Below, piece after piece: positions 58,391 through 64,000 of a stretch of 64,000 nt of DNA. A program made the translations under genes and the position numbers. The DNA is taken from contig OZ242374.1 of the NCBI GenBank assembly GCA_965209055.1, positions 2,752,001 to 2,816,000 on the forward strand, given 5' to 3'. The notes under the pieces are model-generated. The model did not search any database. It had not been told where the DNA came from and was given only the letters and a program-made list of their open reading frames with translations. Each line of letters opens with the position of its first letter. The first letter of the stretch is position 1. Origin of the DNA: Acidobacteriota bacterium. GTDB lineage: Bacteria; Acidobacteriota; UBA6911; RPQK01; JAJDTT01.

Positions 58391-59476
58391 TCATTGTCCC
58401 TTCATTCCGACCCGTTGCCTGTTTGTTGCCTGTTGCGTTTGTGAGTCTTCGTTAGCCTGTGCCTCTCGAATGCTCTGGAGCGCATGCGAACTGACGTAGC
58501 CCGCGTAGCGCATCGTCGTGCTGATCGATGAGTGTCCCATCAGCTTCTGCACCGTTCTCACGTCCACACCCTGCATCAGCCAATGGCTACAGCGGAATCG
58601 CCTCAGATCGTGAAACCCAACCTTCAACCCCACCCGCTCGGCAGCGCGACGTAGAGACTTGTCTGGATTCACCCATCTTGTCCCGGTCCGGCTGTTGACG
58701 AACACATACGGTGTGTTCAGGTAACGAACCAGCCCCGCCAGATATCGGGCGGCGTACTTCGAGAGCGGAATCTCTCTCGGTTCGTCGTCCTTGGTGAACT
58801 CCACCCACAACATCCGGCGGCCCAAATCCACCCGACTCCATGTGAGCGACAATCCCTCTCCCTTGCGAATCCCCGTTTCACCGATCACTGCGATCATGGC
58901 TTGCAGGGAAGGGTTGTCCACCGCCTCGACCAGGTCGCGGAACTGTTGGACCGTCAAAGGCCGGAAGACCTTCTTGGGCTCCTTCAGTTTGGGGAATCGA
59001 ACCAGCGGATGCGTGTCCACTTCCCCGCACTCCAGCGCGTAGGAAAACAGCTTGCTGAGGGCCGCAATGTCTCGGTTCACCGTGGCTGGCTGGACCTGTC
59101 CCTTCCGTTTCGCGACGTAGCGGTGGAGGTCCTTGCGCTGGAACTCCTTCAGGGGAATGTTCCCCAGCATGGCGTTGAGGCTCTTGAACGAGAGTGCGTA
59201 GCGGCGCAAGCAGCGTAGACGAGGTTTGCAATACTCCTCGAAAAAACGCTCGTAGAAACTCCGGACCGTCCAGATCTTGCGTTTCCCACCGGCGAGTTCC
59301 TGCTTGAGCCGCTTCCAGGTGCCGTCCAGGATACTGGACTCGATTCGTGTTTGAAGCGCTTGCGCGCTCCGGTAGTTGGGGGCGTACATTCGGAGCCGAC
59401 CGGATCCGTTCGGCCAGTACTTGCTGACGACGTACCGTCGTCTCCCCCGGCGATCCTTCACCTTATAGATGCCCAT
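58391..59476 (-). CDS. Tyrosine recombinase / phage-type integrase
   Basis: TVNRDIAAL, TGIRKGE, TK, FHDLRR, LMGHSSISTTMRY (catalytic R-K-H-R-H-Y). Confidence 0.95.
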   Translation of the reverse strand: MGIYKVKDRRGRRRYVVSKYWPNGSGRLRMYAPNYRSAQALQTRIESSILDGTWKRLKQELAGGKRKIWTVRSFYERFFEEYCKPRLRCLRRYALSFKSLNAMLGNIPLKEFQRKDLHRYVAKRKGQVQPATVNRDIAALSKLFSYALECGEVDTHPLVRFPKLKEPKKVFRPLTVQQFRDLVEAVDNPSLQAMIAVIGETGIRKGEGLSLTWSRVDLGRRMLWVEFTKDDEPREIPLSKYAARYLAGLVRYLNTPYVFVNSRTGTRWVNPDKSLRRAAERVGLKVGFHDLRRFRCSHWLMQGVDVRTVQKLMGHSSISTTMRYAGYVSSHALQSIREAQANEDSQTQQATNRQRVGMKGQ

Positions 59477-59723
59477 GCATCTCCTCCTTTCTGGATCCGG
59501 GTTCTTCGCCGTGGGGCGAATCGTACCACGGCTCCAGAGAAACGGAGTAGGTGTTCAAATCCTCCAAGGCAAAGCCGCGGCGGCGGCGTCCAGTGGTATC
59601 GAGTACAACTCTTGCTTTGATGATGTTCAGATCGGCGTATTTGCGAATCGTGCCGATGGCCTTATCGCGGAAATCATCCCTAAATTTCTCCGATTCCCGC
59701 GTGTCCGGCGCGTGCCGGTTCAT
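59463..59723 (-). pseudogene. Excisionase-like gene, N-terminally truncated or chimeric
   Basis: AIGTIRKYADLNIIKAR matches the 5.5-kb remnant, but the AAQYLG helix present there is replaced upstream of ~59663. Confidence 0.55.
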
Positions 59724-59796
59724 AGGCTTCAGTCGGCAGCGGAACTCTCATCCCTCCTTCTCTGGGTGTCTGCCCCTCATGGGATACTGGTGAACT

Positions 59797-61425
59797 ATGG
59801 CATCCAACACTCTGTACTATGGCGACAATTTGGATATTCTCCGGCGCTACCTGCGGGACAAAAGCGTTGACCTCGTCTACCTAGATCCTCCTTTCAAAAG
59901 CAACCAGACCTACAACGTCCTGTTTCAAGAGAAAGACGGATCACAGTCGGCTTCCCAGATTAAGGCGTTCGAGGACACGTGGCAGTGGGACGAAACTGCG
60001 GCCAGGGCCTATCAAGAGACGGTAGAAACTGGCGGCAGAGTAGCCGAGGCATTAATCGCCTTCAGGAAGTTCATGGGGACCAACGACATGTTGGCCTACC
60101 TGTCGATGATGGCACCTCGTCTCTTGGAACTTCGAAGGGTGCTGAAACTGACGGGGAGTCTATACCTGCACTGCGACCCAACGGCGAGCCATTCTTTAAA
60201 ACTCTTGCTCGATGCCGTCTTCGGACCAGAACGTTTCTTGAGCGAAATTGTGTGGAAACGCACGAGCGCCCACAGCAGTGCGAAGCGATACGGACCTGTG
60301 CATGACGTGATCTTATTCTATGGGAAAACGAACAAGTACAAGTGGAATCGAGTCTTTCAGGAATACGACACTGATTACATAGAAACATTCTTCGATCAGA
60401 CTGACCCGGATGGCAGACGGTGGAAGCGGGCCGATATGACCGGCGCAGGCATCCGATATGGCGAAACAGGTCTGCCATGGCGCGGGATTGACGTCACGGC
60501 AAAGGGACGGCATTGGAGATCACCCCCGTCTACGCTAGATGAACTTGACCGAAAGGATCGTGTTCACTGGCCAAAGAAGAAGGGCGGGATGCCTCGATTG
60601 AAGCAATACCCGGAAGACTCGCCAGGCGTTCCCTTGCAAGACGTATGGACGGACATTCGTCCATTGCACAATCTCGCTGCCGAACGTCTGGGCTACCCGA
60701 CGCAAAAGCCTCAATTGTTGCTTGATCGAATTATTCTTTCGAGTACTGACGAGGGCGAAATTGTGCTCGACCCCTTCTGTGGTTGCGGGACGACCATTGC
60801 GGCGGCTCAGAAACTCGATAGACGCTGGATCGGGATCGACATCACCCATCTAGCCATCTCTCTGATTCGTCATCGACTCCAGGATTCCTTCGGCAAGAAC
60901 TGTCGATTTGACGTCATCGGTGAACCGATCAGTCTCCAAGATGCCGCCACTCTAGCGGGGCAGGACCCCTATCAGTTTCAGTGGTGGGCTCTCGGCTTGG
61001 CCGGTGCTCGTCCCATTGAGCAGAAAAAAGGAGCCGACCAGGGTATTGATGGTCGGCTCTATTTCCATGACGAGGGCCGGAATGGGAAGACGAAGCAGAT
61101 CATCTTCTCGGTGAAGGCCGGACACGTCACAGTGTCCCAGATCCGTGACCTCGTGGGTGTTGTGAACCGTGAGAAGGCCCAGATAGGAGTCTTCCTGTCC
61201 CTGAATCCTCCGACCGCACCGATGCGTCGAGAAGCAGCCTCGGCAGGTTTCTACAAATCTCCATGGGGGAATCACCCTCGCATTCAACTACTCACGATTG
61301 AGGATCTCTTGGGCGGAATGAGCGTGGATTACCCCCAAGCCGCCGACGTGACATTCAAGCGAGCAAAGCGAGTAAGACCCACTTCATCGAAGAAGCAGAA
61401 TCACCTGCCGATGAAGCCTGACTGA
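59797..61425 (+). CDS. Site-specific DNA methyltransferase (N6/N4, beta class) with C-terminal Mrr-like nuclease domain
   Basis: LYYGDNL, VYLDPPF, YPTQKP, VLDPFCGCGTT; GADQGIDG...SVKAG. Confidence 0.9.
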   Translation: MASNTLYYGDNLDILRRYLRDKSVDLVYLDPPFKSNQTYNVLFQEKDGSQSASQIKAFEDTWQWDETAARAYQETVETGGRVAEALIAFRKFMGTNDMLAYLSMMAPRLLELRRVLKLTGSLYLHCDPTASHSLKLLLDAVFGPERFLSEIVWKRTSAHSSAKRYGPVHDVILFYGKTNKYKWNRVFQEYDTDYIETFFDQTDPDGRRWKRADMTGAGIRYGETGLPWRGIDVTAKGRHWRSPPSTLDELDRKDRVHWPKKKGGMPRLKQYPEDSPGVPLQDVWTDIRPLHNLAAERLGYPTQKPQLLLDRIILSSTDEGEIVLDPFCGCGTTIAAAQKLDRRWIGIDITHLAISLIRHRLQDSFGKNCRFDVIGEPISLQDAATLAGQDPYQFQWWALGLAGARPIEQKKGADQGIDGRLYFHDEGRNGKTKQIIFSVKAGHVTVSQIRDLVGVVNREKAQIGVFLSLNPPTAPMRREAASAGFYKSPWGNHPRIQLLTIEDLLGGMSVDYPQAADVTFKRAKRVRPTSSKKQNHLPMKPD

Positions 61426-61463
61426 GCCACTTTTGTATCCTTGGCTTGGGGGCAGAAAGAAGC

Positions 61464-62363
61464 ATGTGCGACGAGCTTACGGATTCGCTGAGTAACTGGG
61501 AATCCTATAGTACGATCATCCGCAATTTGGGTCTGGTTATCGCAGCGGGAATTGCTCTGCCCCTTGCCATATGGCGCAGCAGGATAGCTGAACGCCAAGC
61601 CGAAACAGCGCAGCGTGGGCTTTTGAACGAGCGCTATCAGAAATGCTCGGAAATGCTGGGCAGTGAGAAACTCCCGGTCCGGCTCGGCGGCTTGTATGCT
61701 CTCGAACGCCTCTCCGGGGAACACCCAGAGCAATACCACATCGAGGTCATGCGCCTATTCTGCGCGTTCGCTCGTCATCCGGTCGGGAAATCCGTTGAGA
61801 ACATTGCTCTGACAAACGGCGGCATCCTAACGGATGACGCTCAATTTGCTAGCGGCTCTGAGGAAGCTGCCAAAGAGATTGCTGCGGAAAGAGGGGAAGA
61901 ACATGATCATCGGCAATGGGTGCGCGAAGACGTGCAGGCCGTCATGGACTTGCTCCGCAGACGCTCAGAGAAACGTATCGAGCTTGAACGGGACGCCAAT
62001 TTCAGACTGGACCTACGCGGCGTCCACCTTCGTTATGGATCTCTTGCAAAGATAAACCTTGATGGGGCGTTCCTCATGAAAACCGACCTATCTAACGCGA
62101 TCCTGTCCGGTGCGTCTCTCGTAGACGCGGACCTGTCAGGCTCTAACCTTGAGAACGCCAATCTTGATGGGACCAATCTGTCTGGCACCCGATTCGCCGA
62201 GCTCGACGAAGCGGATCCCCGTAGTAGGCCTCCCGCGACCAACTTAACCCAAAAGCAACTTGATGGGGCGTTTGCATCTCCAGACAAGCCGCCACGTTTG
62301 AAAAATTGCATCGATGCGACGACCGACAAGCAGTTGGTCTGGCGCGGGCACCATTCAGACTAG
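61464..62363 (+). CDS. Pentapeptide-repeat membrane protein
   Basis: N-terminal TM; VRLGGLYALERL; ASLVD ADLSG SNLEN ANLDG TNLSG repeats. Confidence 0.85.
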   Translation: MCDELTDSLSNWESYSTIIRNLGLVIAAGIALPLAIWRSRIAERQAETAQRGLLNERYQKCSEMLGSEKLPVRLGGLYALERLSGEHPEQYHIEVMRLFCAFARHPVGKSVENIALTNGGILTDDAQFASGSEEAAKEIAAERGEEHDHRQWVREDVQAVMDLLRRRSEKRIELERDANFRLDLRGVHLRYGSLAKINLDGAFLMKTDLSNAILSGASLVDADLSGSNLENANLDGTNLSGTRFAELDEADPRSRPPATNLTQKQLDGAFASPDKPPRLKNCIDATTDKQLVWRGHHSD

Positions 62364-62619
62364 TAGAGAGGCTGCTTGAGAGCGTCTGAAATCCCGTAGG
62401 CGAAGGCAAGTATACGCCTCCAGATGTTTGTCCCCGTCATGCTGCGGTCCCGTTGTCCCACGGGAGGACTCCCAAGCGCTCAGCGCTCCCCGCTGTGGGT
62501 GCTAGTCCCTCATGGGAAACTGACAACATTAACCCTTCCAAGAAGCAGAAGATCGAGTACGGGAAGATGAAGGCCGCGTTCGGGTGGAACGCCTGGCAGT
62601 TACTACCGCCGCAGTCCTT

Positions 62620-62855
62620 CCGCCATTGGACCTCCGCTCGCCAGATCGATCATTTGGTCACGGGCCGCAAGGCGGAACTGGACCTCGGTTGGGTGGCCCG
62701 GCTACGGGCGCTGTCTACTCTACCGCGCACCAACCCACGCCGACGGAAGGAGTACAAGCGGGTCAATGGGCCATTCACGCACTATGTGATCGCGGGTGGC
62801 GGCAACCGTTTCCCGTACGGAAATCTTCCCCTGTTGCTTGTGGCATGCGTCTTCG
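62620..62855 (+). pseudogene. Plasmid RepA (RepA_C-like) remnant
   Basis: LGWVARLRALSTLPRTNP..EYKRVNGPF...PYGNLPLLL resembles RepA_C N-terminal motifs; truncated. Confidence 0.6.
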
Positions 62856-62945
62856 GCAACCAAGAAAGTAAATCCCGGCCGGACCAAGCAGCGTCGCGAT
62901 CCATGAGTTCTAGGGCATGCACGGTCTGGCACTCGATGGGACTAA

Positions 62946-64000
62946 GGAAGGTCTGATTAAGTCGAGTCAGCGTTCTGCACGATAATTCTTCCATCATCAC
63001 TGCATGGAGGATAGATGATGTCGCAACGAACGTTCGCAGATCTGGAATACGACGGCAAGAAGCGGGTGACCCGTCGGGAGAGATTTCTGGCCCGGATGGA
63101 CCGGTTGATTCCATGGGAGCAGTTGGAAGCCCGGATTCGGCCCGTTTACCCGAAAGCGGGACGGGGACGGCGTCCCTACCCGCTCTCGACGATGCTTCGG
63201 ATCCACTGCGTGCAGCTGTTTTACAACCTGAGCGATCCGGGGATGGAGGATCTGCTCTATGAGGTGGAGTCGGTGCGGCGGTTCGTGGGCCTGAAGCTCA
63301 CGGGGCCGCTGCCGGACGAGACGACGATTCTGAAATTCCGTCATCGGCTGGAGGAGCATGGTCTGGGGGAGGCGCTGTTCGAGGAGATCGGTTCTCACCT
63401 GCAGCGGCAAGGCCTGCGGCTGAGCCGGGGGACGATCGTGGACGCGAGTATCCTGGCGGCGCCTTCCTCGACCAAGAACAGGGAGGGGGCGCGGGACCCG
63501 GAGATGCATCAGACGAAGAAGGGAAAACAGTGGTATTTCGGAATGAAGGCCCACCTGGGGGTGGACGCCCAGACGGGGGTGGCGCACACGGTGGTGACGG
63601 CGCCGGCTAACGAGCATGACGTGACGCGAGCCGGTGAGTTGCTGCACGGCTCGGAGTCTCAAGTTTGGGGGGATTCGGGATACCAGGGAGTGGGAAAGCG
63701 GTCGGAGAATCGAGATCGGCCGGTGGATTGGCAGGTGATGATGAAGCCGGGGAAGCGTTGGCGGCTGCCACCGGAGAGTGAGGCGGCGTTGGCCGAGCGG
63801 CGCAAAGCGTCGGTTCGGGCCAAGGCAGAACATGTATTCGGGTACCTGAAACGGCATTTCGGCTACGCGAAGGTGCGCTACCGGGGGCTGGCGAAAAACA
63901 CCCAACGGATCTATTTGCTGGTGGGGTTCGCCAATCTGATGATCGCCGAGCGCTCTGGCGTGAACGCCTGATCCGGGCGCGGGAGAGGTGCGTCGAGATT
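62946..64000 (+). mobile_element. IS5-family element (right end beyond the window)
   Basis: CTAA target followed by left IR GGAAGGTCTGATTAAG; intact transposase. Confidence 0.88.
63015..63971 (+). CDS. IS5 family DDE transposase
   Basis: TRRERFLARM, NLSDPGMED, PDETTILKFR, IVDAS, WYFGMKAH.GVD, WGDSGYQG, RAKAEH. Confidence 0.95.
   Translation: MMSQRTFADLEYDGKKRVTRRERFLARMDRLIPWEQLEARIRPVYPKAGRGRRPYPLSTMLRIHCVQLFYNLSDPGMEDLLYEVESVRRFVGLKLTGPLPDETTILKFRHRLEEHGLGEALFEEIGSHLQRQGLRLSRGTIVDASILAAPSSTKNREGARDPEMHQTKKGKQWYFGMKAHLGVDAQTGVAHTVVTAPANEHDVTRAGELLHGSESQVWGDSGYQGVGKRSENRDRPVDWQVMMKPGKRWRLPPESEAALAERRKASVRAKAEHVFGYLKRHFGYAKVRYRGLAKNTQRIYLLVGFANLMIAERSGVNA

Overview
High-GC bacterial chromosome segment. 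The gene content (Acidobacteria-style TonB receptor, DUF1549/DUF1553 plus DUF1501 pair, many secreted beta-propeller/BNR proteins) suggests Acidobacteriota or a similar lineage; this is inference. Two blocks of secreted carbohydrate/peptide-processing genes (1-17.8 kb and 47.6-58.3 kb) flank a ~30 kb defence island (17.8-47.5 kb). The island holds VapBC45-, HicBA- and HigBA-type TA loci, a sacsin-like GHKL ATPase/DUF3883 nuclease, a GmrSD-Schlafen fusion, an orphaned type III Res, a DUF6615-like nuclease, a type IIG-like RM gene and Sir2-HerA. Most notably, it holds a three-gene operon: an unannotated 46-aa graspetide precursor, an ATP-grasp ligase and a Pycsar-effector-like 3-TM protein, with no exporter or peptidase (candidate RiPP-based antiphage system). 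The island is punctuated by ~11 same-strand copies of a ~22-nt motif (AAGGTGACTGTCCCCTTYTCRCG), several at gene-truncation junctions, and by three diverged copies of the 3' end of the flanking esterase gene. The right end carries an integrase element (int, truncated xis, MTase-REase, pentapeptide protein, repA remnant) and an IS5; a decayed xis-int copy lies at ~5.5 kb. All family assignments are by eye from motifs; no database searches were run.
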